Shown: piece by piece, positions 11,808-22,530 of the stretch
How positions within the stretch are numbered: position 1 is the first letter of the stretch
Layout: every line of letters begins with the position of its first letter
Assembly (NCBI GenBank): GCA_965198115.1
Contig: OZ240241.1
Span: forward strand, 4,448,001-4,512,000
Length of the DNA stretch: 64,000 nucleotides
DNA from: Candidatus Latescibacterota bacterium
Lineage (GTDB): Bacteria > Latescibacterota > UBA2968
Reading direction: 5' to 3'
Notes under the pieces: generated by a model
Told to the model about the DNA's origin: nothing
Seen by the model: only the letters and a program-made list of their open reading frames with translations
Databases searched by the model: none
Position numbers and translations under genes: made by a program

Positions 11808-12996
11808 TCACATTTACGCAGCGCTGGGTGTGGATACGATCGTGAACGCCGCCGGGCCCGTCACGCGTTTGAGCGGGGCGCTGATGGATCCGGAGGTGAC
11901 GGCAGCGATGGCCGAGGCAGCGGGTCATTGTGTGGACATAGCCGAACTCCAGGCGGCCGCCGGACGATACATCGCGGAAGTCACGGGTGCCGAAGCCGGT
12001 TACATCACGTCGGGGGCATCGGCGGGCCTGCTCCTGGGTGTGGCGGCCTGCGTTACGGGACTCGACCCCGGCGCGATGAATCGGCTGCCGGACACGACGG
12101 GGCTCCCGGATGAAGTGATTATGCCGCGGAGCCATCGCAACTTCTACGACCACGCGATCCGGTCGGTCGGCGTGCGTCTGACCGAGGTGGGTCTGCCGGA
12201 CCGATTCAGCGGAGCCGGGGTCCGCGATACAGAGGCGTGGGAAATCGCGGATGCGATCTCCGATCGTACGGCGGCCATCGCTTACGTCGCGAACGCACGA
12301 TCCCGGCCGCCGCTCGAGGAAGTCGTGGAAGTCGCCCACGAGCGGGATGTTCCCGTGATTGTCGATGCGGCGGGTCAGCTGCCTCCCGCATCGAACCTGA
12401 AGCGGTTCATCACCGCGGGAGCTGATCTCGTGTGCTTCAGCGGGGGCAAGGTGGTCGGTGGTCCGCAGGGATCGGGAATCGCGTGCGGACGTCGCGATCT
12501 GATCGCTGCGATGGCGCTTCAGCATCTTGACCTGGACGTCCACTACGAACTGTGGGACCCGCCAACGGAGTGGGTCGAGAAAGAAGCCCTTCCGGGCGCA
12601 CCCCATCACGGTATTGGACGGCCGTGCAAGGTCGGCAAGGAGGCCATCGTCGGGTTGGTGACGGCGCTAAAGCGTTTCGTGGCCGTGTCCGATGAATCGC
12701 GCACCAAGACGTGGCTCGAGTCGATCCACGCGTTGCACGATGGGCTGTCGGAGGTGGTCGGGGTTGCAACAACGATGAGCGAGGGGGGAGATCGCGGTAT
12801 CCCGATGCTTTCGCTCGAGTTCGCTGACCTCGACGGGATCGAGGCGGCGCGTCGTCTGATGACAGGAGAGGACAGGGTTTTCGTGGGGACGTCGGGTGCG
12901 CGGGATGGCGTGCTGTCTGTCAGCCCCGTCTGTCTGAAGAAGGGGGATGTGGAGCGGATGTTGCACAAGGTCGCAGCCGTTGCGGGGTCCGCGTGA
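11800..12996 (+). CDS. SelA-like / DgaE-family PLP-dependent enzyme
   Basis: IVNAAGPVTRLSG, VDAAGQLPP, PLP-lysine motif FSGGKVVGGPQGSG, IGRPCKVGKE. Confidence 0.85.
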   Translation: MADHIYAALGVDTIVNAAGPVTRLSGALMDPEVTAAMAEAAGHCVDIAELQAAAGRYIAEVTGAEAGYITSGASAGLLLGVAACVTGLDPGAMNRLPDTTGLPDEVIMPRSHRNFYDHAIRSVGVRLTEVGLPDRFSGAGVRDTEAWEIADAISDRTAAIAYVANARSRPPLEEVVEVAHERDVPVIVDAAGQLPPASNLKRFITAGADLVCFSGGKVVGGPQGSGIACGRRDLIAAMALQHLDLDVHYELWDPPTEWVEKEALPGAPHHGIGRPCKVGKEAIVGLVTALKRFVAVSDESRTKTWLESIHALHDGLSEVVGVATTMSEGGDRGIPMLSLEFADLDGIEAARRLMTGEDRVFVGTSGARDGVLSVSPVCLKKGDVERMLHKVAAVAGSA

Positions 12997-13691
12997 ATGA
13001 GCGGTTTTTGCAGGTTGTCCTGTTGGTCGCGATGATCGGCACGACGGTCTACCTTTGGAACACGCTCCTGCTCTATCCCATCAAGCTGTTCGTCGTCCTG
13101 CTCCACGAACTGAGCCACGGGCTGGCCGCCGTTTCGACGGGTGGTGAGATTTTGAGCATCGAGGTCAACGAGCGTATCGGCGGTCTGTGCGAATACCGCG
13201 GCGGCAATCCCCTCGTCGTGGCGAGCGCCGGCTACCTGGGAAGTCTGGTATGGGGCGGATTGATCCTCATAACGACATCACGAACACGCGGAAGTCGCAT
13301 TGTCGCACTGACCGTCGTCCTCGTGATGGTGATCGCGGTGGTTCTGTGGATTCGGAACACGTTCGGCGTTTACTACACGGCGGGTTTCGCGGTGGTTCTC
13401 CTGCTGATGTCACGCTATCTCCCGCATTGGATGCTTCGATTGGTGCTACAATTCCTCGGCACGGCGAGTTGCCTCTACGTGCTCGTCGACATCTATGAAG
13501 ATCTGATCGTGGTCTACCAGGAAGGGAGCGATGCAGACGCCCTGGCGTCGCTGACGGGCATCCCCGCTGTCGTTTGGGGCGTGCTCTGGGGTACGCTCGC
13601 CGTTGCGATGATGGGATATTCCCTGTATCTCGCCGCATCTGTAAAACCAAAACCTCTCAACGAAGGGGACGCTGGGGCCGCAGAGGATTGA
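12993..13691 (+). CDS. M50B-family membrane metallopeptidase
   Basis: LLHELSHGL (HExxH), SAGYLG, GSDADAL; multiple TM helices. Confidence 0.88.
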   Translation: MNERFLQVVLLVAMIGTTVYLWNTLLLYPIKLFVVLLHELSHGLAAVSTGGEILSIEVNERIGGLCEYRGGNPLVVASAGYLGSLVWGGLILITTSRTRGSRIVALTVVLVMVIAVVLWIRNTFGVYYTAGFAVVLLLMSRYLPHWMLRLVLQFLGTASCLYVLVDIYEDLIVVYQEGSDADALASLTGIPAVVWGVLWGTLAVAMMGYSLYLAASVKPKPLNEGDAGAAED

Positions 13692-13772
13692 AACGGGGTG
13701 TTCCTCGACTAGGCTTTTCTCTGCGATCCCTGCGCTCTCTGTGTTGAAAGCCCTTGAATTGAAGGAGACAAA

Positions 13773-15116
13773 GTGATCGATTGGGAGAAGGAAGGCGCTG
13801 AAGCGGCCGCGCGTCTGGCCGGGATGGTGCGGTTCGACACGACGAACCCGCCCGGCAACGAGCTGGCACTGGCCGAGTGGTTGGCGGAGTCCGTGCGTTC
13901 CGAAGGTCTGGATGCAGAGGTGATCGAGTCGACGCCGGAGCGTGGGAATCTGGTCGTTAGAATGAAAGGATCGGGTGCGGAGCGACCGCTGCTCTTCCTG
14001 TCACACATCGACGTCGTACCGGCCGAGCCCGAGCGATGGACGCATCCGCCATTCGAGGGTACGATCGCCGACAGACACGTCTGGGGACGAGGCGCGATCG
14101 ATTCCAAACTAACAGGCGCGACTCAATTGCAAGCCCTGCTGATGGCGCATCGCAACGGGTTAAAACTCGAACGGGACCTGGTGCTCGTTGCGGCTGCGGA
14201 CGAGGAAATGGGCGCCGCACACGGCGTAAAGTGGTTAGCGCAGCATCGGCCGGACGTGTTCGACGCCGAATACGGGATCAACGAGGCCGGTGGGTTCGCG
14301 CTCGAGATCGGTGGGACCCCCGTCTATCTGGTTCAGGTGGCAGAGAAGGGGGGCGCGTCGCTCGATCTGGTTGGAAGGGGACGACCTGGTCACAGCTCCG
14401 TCCCGCACAACGACAATGCCATCATCGAGCTCGCCGATGCGCTCGGAAGAATGCGGGACGATAAGCTCCCGCATCAGGTGTCGCACAGCGTCAGGGCCTT
14501 TTTCGAGGGTGCGGCCGAGGGTCACAGCGACGAGAAGACGGCTGCGCTACTTCGGGACTGTCTGGACCCGGAGCGCGTGGAAGCGGCGCTGGAGGCACTC
14601 GAAGTCGAGCCCGCCACACGGTCCATGCTCGATGCAATGTTGCGGAACACCTGTGCGCCGACGATGCTGTCGGCGGGGCTGAAGCGGAACGTGATACCGA
14701 CGGACGCGCGTGCAGCACTGAGCGGCCGTCCGTTGCCGGGAGAGACCGAGGAAAGATTCGTCGAGCAGGTGCGAGCGCTCGTGGGCGAAGGCGTCGACAT
14801 CGAAATGGAAGGCGCGTTCAACCCGGCCGTCGAGTTCGATCACGAGACCCCGCTGTTCGACATCATTGCGGCGTCCACACACGTCTACGAGCCCGACGCG
14901 GTCGTCGTTCCCTTTATGCAGACCGGTGGCACGGATGCGCGGCATCTGGTCGATTTCGACCTCACGGTCTACGGCTACATTCCGATGCGCTATGAGAAGG
15001 GGATGGATTTCTACGAGCTGTGCCACGGTCACGACGAGCGGGTGTCGACCTCGAACGTGACGTTCGCGGTGCAGATTCTGTATGACCTGGTCCTGCGACT
15101 CAACGATCTGGAATAA
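13773..15116 (+). CDS. M20/M25/M40-family metallopeptidase
   Basis: DTTNPPGNE, SHIDVVP, WGRGAIDSK, ADEE, GHSSVP, GGTDAR, HGHDER. Confidence 0.92.
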   Translation: MIDWEKEGAEAAARLAGMVRFDTTNPPGNELALAEWLAESVRSEGLDAEVIESTPERGNLVVRMKGSGAERPLLFLSHIDVVPAEPERWTHPPFEGTIADRHVWGRGAIDSKLTGATQLQALLMAHRNGLKLERDLVLVAAADEEMGAAHGVKWLAQHRPDVFDAEYGINEAGGFALEIGGTPVYLVQVAEKGGASLDLVGRGRPGHSSVPHNDNAIIELADALGRMRDDKLPHQVSHSVRAFFEGAAEGHSDEKTAALLRDCLDPERVEAALEALEVEPATRSMLDAMLRNTCAPTMLSAGLKRNVIPTDARAALSGRPLPGETEERFVEQVRALVGEGVDIEMEGAFNPAVEFDHETPLFDIIAASTHVYEPDAVVVPFMQTGGTDARHLVDFDLTVYGYIPMRYEKGMDFYELCHGHDERVSTSNVTFAVQILYDLVLRLNDLE

Positions 15117-15247
15117 GGTGGCGCAATGTTTGGTATTGTTATCTGAGTGGTAGAAGGCGTAGGATTGAGTAGTGTCCGCGAAACCATCGATCCCCGGATG
15201 GCTGCTGTCTTGCGATGGGCCTTATTCAGGGAAGAGGATCGAAGAGG

Positions 15248-16690
15248 ATGATTGATCAGAAGATGTCGTCCTATATGGATGATTGGAAGCAGCGTGAGGA
15301 GATCGCCGAGTCGATGATCCCGCTCATCGGCAAGCTCTACCGTGACCGCGGCGTCGTCACAACCATCTACGATCGTTCATTGATCCACAACTCGACGATC
15401 GACATTCTCAAGGCTCACCGCTTCGCACGGCAGATTATCAGGGACGAGCTCTCCGTTTCATCGAGCTTCTCGATTCTGCAGTCTCTGAGCAAGCTCGACC
15501 TGTCGCCGGCTCGAATCGATATCGGGAAGCTGACGACCCGGTATCAGCACAATGGTGGGAAGGACATCCACACGTTCGTCAAGCGGGAACTGGCGGCGAT
15601 CAACACGGGAAAGAGGCCGGTGCTCGACACGCCCCAGGATGTTGTGCTCTACGGCTTCGGGCGAATCGGACGGATGCTGGCGCGCGTACTGATCGAGCGC
15701 AGCGGCGGAGGGGACAAGTGGCGCCTGCGGGCGATCGTGACACAGAAGAAGCAGGAAGACGACTTGATCAGGCGGGCCAGCCTCCTGCGGCGAGACTCGG
15801 TTCACGGTCCGTTCAAGGGGACCATTGTTGCGGACAGGAAAGAGAATGCCCTAGTCGTCAACGGGAATATGATCCGCATCCTCTATTCCGACCGGCCGGA
15901 AGACGTGCCATATAACAAGTACGGAATCGAGAATGCCATCGTGCTGGACAACACGGGCGTCTGGCGGGACCGCGAAGGCCTGGGTCGCCATCTGAAGGCG
16001 AAGGGAGTTGCCAAGGTCATTCTGACGGCCCCTGGCGTCGGGGACGTTCCAAACATCGTTTACGGGGCAAACAACGACTGCATCGGCAAAGAGGAACGAA
16101 TCTTTTCGGCGTGCAGTTGCACGACCAATGCCATCGTGCCGGTGCTCAAGGTGATGCACGATCGCTACGGCATCGAGGGCGGCCACATCGAAACCTGCCA
16201 CGCCTACACCAACGATCAGAACCTCATCGACAACTACCACAAGAAGAGTCGACGGGGCCGGGGTGCGCCGCTCAATATGGTCCTTACGGAGACGGGTGCG
16301 GCCGACGCGGTGGGGAAGGTACTTCCGGAATTGGCGGGCAAGCTCACCGCCAACGCGATTCGGGTGCCGACCCCGAATGTCTCACTGGCGATTCTGAGCC
16401 TGATTCTGAACTGTGAAATCAGCGTGGAAGAGGTAAACGGCTATCTTCGCGATCTTTCCCTCGAATCTCCGTTGCAGGGCCAGATCGACTATACGAGTTC
16501 GCCCGAAGTGGTTTCGAGCGACTTCGTGGGTAATCTGAAAACCGGGGTCGTCGATTCGCTGTCGACCATTGTCCAGGGAAGACGCTGCAATCTCTACGTC
16601 TGGTACGACAACGAATTCGGTTACGCTATCCAGGTGATCCGGATGGTGCAGCACCTTGCAAAGCTCGAGCTGCCTTCTTTCCCCAGGTGA
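15248..16690 (+). CDS. gap: Glyceraldehyde-3-phosphate dehydrogenase, long form with N-terminal extension
   Basis: LYGFGRIGR, catalytic SCTTNA, HAYTNDQ, RVPTPNVS, WYDNEFGY. Confidence 0.93.
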   Translation: MIDQKMSSYMDDWKQREEIAESMIPLIGKLYRDRGVVTTIYDRSLIHNSTIDILKAHRFARQIIRDELSVSSSFSILQSLSKLDLSPARIDIGKLTTRYQHNGGKDIHTFVKRELAAINTGKRPVLDTPQDVVLYGFGRIGRMLARVLIERSGGGDKWRLRAIVTQKKQEDDLIRRASLLRRDSVHGPFKGTIVADRKENALVVNGNMIRILYSDRPEDVPYNKYGIENAIVLDNTGVWRDREGLGRHLKAKGVAKVILTAPGVGDVPNIVYGANNDCIGKEERIFSACSCTTNAIVPVLKVMHDRYGIEGGHIETCHAYTNDQNLIDNYHKKSRRGRGAPLNMVLTETGAADAVGKVLPELAGKLTANAIRVPTPNVSLAILSLILNCEISVEEVNGYLRDLSLESPLQGQIDYTSSPEVVSSDFVGNLKTGVVDSLSTIVQGRRCNLYVWYDNEFGYAIQVIRMVQHLAKLELPSFPR

Positions 16691-16889
16691 TTTGAAGGGA
16701 TGAACAGAGCCTGCTGGCATCTGATGTAGGACCTGGCTCTGCCTGGGAAGGGGGCCATAGGCTGCCTCAATGCCCCATAATAACCCCAGCGACATGGATC
16801 TTTGTCAGGCGCTATGGTGACTGGCTAGAGAGCCTTTCCCAAGCTGGAGCTTGGTCTTACAACCTCAGGTCGGCGCATCGTCGAATCGA

Positions 16890-17130
16890 TCAATCCTGCC
16901 TGTATTCCAATGGGATGGAAACCGCAAACGTCGTCCCTTTCCCGACCTCGCTCACCACCGAAACAGACCCTCCCAGCAGCTCAGCGAACTTCTTCGTGAT
17001 CGACAGCCCCAGCCCCGTACCCTTTTGCACAGCACTCTCCGAGCCTTCCACCTGACGGTAATCATCGAAAATGGTAGGAAGCTCCTCCGCAGGAATACCC
17101 TTTCCGGTATCTGAAACGGAAATTGTTAGC
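16890..17130 (-). pseudogene. Orphan C-terminal HATPase_c fragment of a histidine kinase
   Basis: LTISVSDTGKGIP...KGTGLGLSITKKFAELLGG...GKGTTF; no upstream HisKA domain. Confidence 0.75.
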
Positions 17131-17147
17131 GCGCTTCGAGGGTCATC

Positions 17148-17188
17148 CTGGGCCCCTCGACTCCGCTCGGGATGAACTCTGTCGAAGG
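17148..17188. repeat. REP-like dispersed repeat, copy A
   Basis: 32/41 identical to 43360-43400. Confidence 0.6.
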
Positions 17189-17472
17189 ACGGCCCTCGGA
17201 GTGCACTCACAGTAATCGTGCCTGAGTCTGTGAATTTGATGTCCGGGTCCTTAGCTTTTTACCGTCCACCGTCCACCGTCCATCCGCCGAAGCTTCGGCG
17301 AAGGCGAATCTGTCTTCTGTCCTCTGCTCTACTCCCTGGCTCCCCGTTCTCTCAGCAATCCTTCAATCTCCTCGTGCTCCATCTGAATCGCCATCTCAAG
17401 CGGACGGATCCCGTTTCGTGTCTTCCGTGTGTGGAGTTTATAGTGGCGTATCGAGGGGTGGTCCCCCGCCTT

Positions 17473-18182
17473 TCAGAGCCCCATTTCGATGTAGGCACTC
17501 GAGATTCTCTCGATAGCCAACGCAAAGGCCGCGGTTCGTAGATCGGGGACACCGTCTCGGGTGAGGAAGATCTCGCGGATGTCCTGGTAACTGGTTCGCA
17601 TCGTGTCGTCCAGACCGGATCGGACGAGGTCGAGTTCGTTGGATCCGTAGGTGAGGTTCTTTCGGAATTCGTCTGGAATCGTCTTGCCCACCGTAGCCTC
17701 GATCGCGTCGATGATGTTCTGACCCTGGATTTCCTCGTGTCACCGGTCGAGCCGCCCGAAGCGGATGTGGGAGAGGTTTTTGATCCACTCGAAGTAGGAC
17801 ACGGTTACACCACCCGCGTTCATGAAGGCGTCGGGGAGAATGACGACGCCTTGCTCGCGCAGGTATTTGTCCGCCTCGAACGTGACTGGTCCGTTGGCCG
17901 CTTCGGCGATGAGCTTCGTCTTGATCCGGGGTGCATTCTCGAGCGTGATCTGACCCTCGAGAGCGGCCGGAATCAGGATGTCGCATTCCTCCTCCAGCGC
18001 GGCCCGGCTGTTCTCGACGAAGGAGGAGCCGGGGAAGCCTTCGGGGGTTCGATGTTCCTGGAGATGCGCGAAGACGGCTTCAACATCGAAGCCCTTAATC
18101 GAAGCCCTTATTGGAGAGGATGGCACCGTCGCGTTCGGCGATGCCGACGATGCGGGCCCCCTCCAGTTCGCTCAGGAACTTA
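17473..18182 (-). pseudogene. Glu/Leu/Phe/Val dehydrogenase (glutamate dehydrogenase-like), C-terminal half, degraded
   Basis: CDILIPAALE, IAEAANGP, NAGGVTVSYFEW, DLRTAA; in-frame TGA at 17740-17742, 13-bp tandem duplication at 18085-18110, 5' end cut by IS630. Confidence 0.88.
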
Positions 18183-19295
18183 GTACTCCTGTTCTCAAAT
18201 ACGGTGACGTATTCTAAGCAGACTTTGCCAAGGGCGTATCGTAGAACCTGAGTTTGTCGATCATCTCCGCGAGATCTGTTCGTGTGAACTTCCATTTGAA
18301 GGGTGTGGCGATACGTCCGTAGCGTTCCTGAAAACCGAGGATTCTTGCCTCAAGCTCTTCGAGCGATGCAAATTCGATAGGTGTCAGAGCCTTGCGTTTG
18401 AGGATCGAGAAGTAGATCTCGATCTGATTGAGCCAGCTTGCGTGGATCGGAAGGTGAACGGGGTGGATGTTTGGCCACTTCCCCTGGATACGGTCGATGC
18501 ATGTTTGCCCTCGGTGCGAGGAGCCATTATCCACGATGAGGTAGACTTTCTTTGCCGAGCAATAGGGTTTCCTGCTCATGATCAGGCTCAGGAGCCGGTT
18601 GAAGGGCTCGATACCCGAAGAAGACTGGTCTTTTCGTCGGCAGAAAGTACATATTCCCTCGGCCCTAAAGGCTTTCCTTGCCATTGGCGGTGATACAGAT
18701 CAAGGACTCTACCTGCTTTGGTTTGGAAGTCCGGGTCCCGTGGGAAAATCCAGGAGCGATGATACCAAGGACGAATCGCGTCCTCGTTCAACCAGCGCCA
18801 GACAGTGGCGCCGCTGATCTTGGCAACGAAGCCCCTTTGCACTGCCTCGGCGGCAATCTCGGAACAGCTGAACCGCGAGAGCGGTATCCCGCTCTCGCTC
18901 GGTAGTTCACACGCCAGCGCCTTGATCTGAACGACCACCTGAGGGGGGAAAACCGGGCGGGCGCCCGGGACGAGATCTATCTTCGAGTCCCGAAAGACGC
19001 TCTTCGAAAAAGCGCTTACGCCATTTGCTTACGATCGGACGCGGGACATCCAACCGTTGGGCGATAATCTTGTTGGATAATCCCTCGGCGGCGAGAAGCA
19101 CGATTTTCGATCGGATCACTTGATAATACGGTAACGTATATTGTCCAGCCATTCGCTCGAGGTCGACCCGTTCCTTCTCAGACAGTAGCACCACATAAGG
19201 CGAACGTCTTGGCATTGTTCTCCTCCTTTTGAAGGAGAACATAAGCTACAAATAATGTTCAAGACATACGTAATAATATTTATGAACCCATGCAT
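18183..19295 (-). mobile_element. IS630-family element, defective
   Basis: HTH ORF (VSKWRKRF...LEDRSRPGRP), SADEKTS, IVDNGSSHRG, HASWLNQIEIYF; TA at the left junction and imperfect IRs; frame break at TTTTCCCCCC and apparent internal deletion after DEKTS. Confidence 0.85.
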
Positions 19296-19298
19296 TTA

Positions 19299-20592
19299 GG
19301 GTTCGCGAATAAATAAACGGTCGATCTCAATGTTGAGCCATTGGCCGGATCGTGTAGTTCCAGTCGCCGTGGAAATCGTGCGGAGTGAGATCGATTTGGG
19401 TCATCTGTTCATCGGTCACCTTGACCCCGTTAGGGTAGGGTCGCTTGTCGATCTCGGAGCGTACTCGGAGACCGGCTTGAGTGGTCGTTCCGGCAATGAG
19501 ATTCACGGTTGCAGCCAGGCTGACCAGGGGCTTGCCTCGCCAGTTCATAGCGATGAAGGAGAACAGGCGATGTTCGATCTTGTTCCACTTACTAGTGCCA
19601 GGAGGGTAGTGGCATACGGTGATCGTCAGGCCAGTGCGATTCGCAAAGCGCTGCAGCTCCCACTTCCACAGCCGCGTCTTGGCGCCGTTGCTGCCGCCTG
19701 CGTCCGCCGTGATTAGCAGATGCGTCGAAGTGCCGTAGGCGGGCCGTCCCATGTTCTTCCACCAACTTCGGATCGCATTCACGGCGAAGCTGGCCGTGTC
19801 GTGATCGATACCGACACTTACCCAGCCTTCATCACGGCTCAGATCATACACTCCATAAGGGATCGCCTTGCCCTGAGCAGGCACTATGAAATCGTGTACC
19901 TTCACACGCTCCGGGTCTCCCTTGGGTCGCCATTCTCGGCCAGGATTCTTGAAGTCGCCGATCAACTCTTTCTTCTTGGTGTCCACCGAGATAACGGGAA
20001 GGCCCTGCTGCTGCTGCTGGCTAATCCGATCATCGAGGTAAACGAACTGAGCGTCCCGATCCGGGTGTGCAGATCCCTCCCTTGTCTTCCGATTCGCCTG
20101 CAGCGTGTAATCGTGTTCGTGCAGGAGATTGGCAACGATCCTGGGGCTCACCGAATGCCCCATCGCTTGCAACTCGGCGGCCAGTTTGCGAGTGCTCTTC
20201 GATGTCCATCTCAGAGGATTGTCGTCAGGCGACCCCGCAGTCGTTGGCTCGACCAGATCATTCAGGTCCTGCCACAGCGTCGGGTCCGTGTCGGCCTTCC
20301 GCTTACGACCGCCGCCTGGACGCCGGATGCGAGCCGGGTCCAAAGGTTCGTCCGACCTCAACTCCTGAATGCCACGAAAGATCCGCTCTCTGGACATTCC
20401 TGTCGCCAGAGCCACAATCGCGATCCCACCGTGACCCAACGCTTCGGCTTCCGTGGCGGCCCACAGACGACGCGTGCGTTCCGTCAGCACCGGAGCCAAG
20501 GCTTCATACTTCGTTCGGAGAGTTTCGACGTCCACACTCCGAGCGTAAGATCATTACCTTGAAAAGTGCAGCACTTATTTCGTGGCAAACCC
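19299..20592 (-). mobile_element. ISAzo13-family IS, copy 1
   Basis: IRs GGGTTTGCCACGAAATAA / GGGTTCGCGAATAAATAA; near-identical inverted copy at 26103-27397. Confidence 0.92.
19327..20535 (-). CDS. ISAzo13-family transposase (intact)
   Basis: RIRRPGGGRK, LRWTSKS, ISVDTKKKELIG, ADAGGSNG, YPPGTSKWNKIEHRLF. Confidence 0.93.
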   Translation of the reverse strand: MDVETLRTKYEALAPVLTERTRRLWAATEAEALGHGGIAIVALATGMSRERIFRGIQELRSDEPLDPARIRRPGGGRKRKADTDPTLWQDLNDLVEPTTAGSPDDNPLRWTSKSTRKLAAELQAMGHSVSPRIVANLLHEHDYTLQANRKTREGSAHPDRDAQFVYLDDRISQQQQQGLPVISVDTKKKELIGDFKNPGREWRPKGDPERVKVHDFIVPAQGKAIPYGVYDLSRDEGWVSVGIDHDTASFAVNAIRSWWKNMGRPAYGTSTHLLITADAGGSNGAKTRLWKWELQRFANRTGLTITVCHYPPGTSKWNKIEHRLFSFIAMNWRGKPLVSLAATVNLIAGTTTQAGLRVRSEIDKRPYPNGVKVTDEQMTQIDLTPHDFHGDWNYTIRPMAQH

Positions 20593-22518
20593 TAACGTCT
20601 TTTGGTTGATCTGGATTTCCGCCCGTTCCACGTTCGACGCCCGCTGCTGCGTCAGGCTTTCGAAACTGTTGACGGTCTGCTCTCTGTATTCGATCAGGTC
20701 TTTGAGTTTGACGACGAGCGCGACGATGGGCTTTTGGCGCCAGGGTGGCGTTCGCGCCAGGAGCTGTTCGATCTCGTCCTTCTCGAGGGACTGTATTCCA
20801 AGCGTTCTGAACATTTTTAGTACGTTGTTTTCGCAGAACTCGACGGTTTTTTACACCTTCTTGATCTGTGCTTCGAGAGCGAGGTCCGTGGCGATGCCAA
20901 TCGTCGTGGGTTGGCCCGCGGGCGATCCAGCGATCTCCGCCTCGAGTCGTCCCCCCGCCATCACGGTTCCACCGTGGATCGAGCCGCTCCGTTCTCCCTC
21001 GCCCGGCCGAACGACGACGTCGCGCCCCGCCCGAAGGTTTCCGTTTCGCACGTGATCACCGATCAGGATGTCGGTCTGGGCCATCACGCTGGCTTCCTGG
21101 ACGAATCGTGCCTCGACGCCGCCAAGTGCGATGATTTTTGCTTTGGGACCGCTGATGCCCTGGGCGACCGAGATGTTCCCTTTTGCGCTGACGGTGGCGC
21201 CGTTCTCGACACCGCCCCTGATCGTGACGTTGCCATCGACCTTGACGGTGGCTCCATCGAGCACGGAGCCAGTAATCTCGATGTCAGTCACGGCGGTGAT
21301 GGGCCCGGATTCGGGCGAGACATCGCCGTCGAAGCGGAGTACCGAGTGAACCTCCACCGTGTCGCCGTTGACCTTGAGGTTTCCGTCGATCTCCGCGACG
21401 AATTTCAGCGACTCTCCTTCCTTCACCTCCGCAACTACGTTCTCGCCGGCCTGGAAGTCGATGTCTTTGCCGTCTTCGGCTTCTACGGGTTCCCCTCGGA
21501 GCGTCATTCCCGGCAACCCAGGAGCGGCAGGCGACACTTCCGCGACGACTTCGCCCTTTCGAACGGGGATCGCACCGAGGCTCGCGTCGGGATTCTCCTC
21601 GAGGGCTCGACGCGAGGGCTCGCTGACGAGCAGCGCATCGCTCCCAGGGTGGGGCGGTTCCCCCTCGACCAGGAGGACCCCGGTGCGGCGTGAGCGGCCG
21701 TCTGCCAGGCGGTTCGTCAGCTGGCGGCTGGCGTTTTCGGGGATCTCTTCGTCGATGTTGTGGAGGGTGAGCAGATGCTCGATCCATTCAGGCTGGGGGA
21801 ACACGGAGCCGGCGTGGGGAAAGTGAATGTAGTAGGCACGTGATTCGTCTTTCGTGAGCCAGATGGGATTCATCATGTGGATGAAGTCGTTGAGATAACA
21901 GACGTAGCCGAAGCACTCGGCAAAGAACTGGCCATCTTCCTTCCGCACGTTGGTTCCCACCTTGAGGACCGCGGGCTTCGGTTCCGGGGGCTCCTCGGTC
22001 ACGTTCCCGTGGATATCCTTTCCGGTCGTGCCTTTCCGAGGGGGGGACAGGACGGCCAGCAGTTCGTCGGGTGCAGCGGGCTTGACGCGAATGTCGTGGG
22101 ACAAGACGTCTTCGAGGGTCGGGCTTCTGAAGGCCCGTCTCAGTTCGGTGTAGTCGAGTTTGACGTTCTTGGACAGGAGTTCCAGGAACTTGAGGCGGAG
22201 GCCTGCGTCTTCGGACTCTACGGCCGGACTCTCTCTGGCGATGATGAGGTTTCGTTTGGCGAAGTATTCCTTGTTGGGGTCGCGCCGTGCTTCCTGAACG
22301 ATCCGGTCGAGGATGTCTTCGTTTATCCCGTAGACGATGTTGTAGTTCTCCTCGAGCGCGGCGAAGATATCGTCGCGGGTGATGCTTTCGTCGCCGCCGA
22401 AGCAGAGTTCGCGAAGATGAGCGCGTGTGCCCGCGTTGTTCACTTCGACGTGGATCCAGGCCTTGCCGCGTTGCCCGAATTTCCGGCGATGATCGTTTCT
22501 GGAGAAAGGGTTCAGCAT
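20593..22518 (-). pseudogene. FapA (DUF342) flagellar-assembly-associated protein; in-frame TAA at 20851-20853 and 3' end cut by ISAzo13
   Basis: PPRKGTTGKDIHG, GMTLRGEP, FVAEIDG, beta-helix repeats (DIEITGSVLDGATVKVDGNVTIRGGVE); the frame continues past the TAA (KTVEFCENNVLKMFRTLG) up to the IS end. Confidence 0.78.
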
Positions 22519-22530
22519 CCGTGTCGTATT

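Noticed and set aside
11800-12996. Genuine selenocysteine synthase selA
   Set aside because: It is short (398 aa), lacks the SelA N-terminal domain and has no sel neighbours; it fits the DgaE-like group better
16700-16890. Possible IS-end remnant or ncRNA after gap (GAGCCTG start resembles the IS1182 end)
   Set aside because: The match is too short, with no partner IR or recognisable structure
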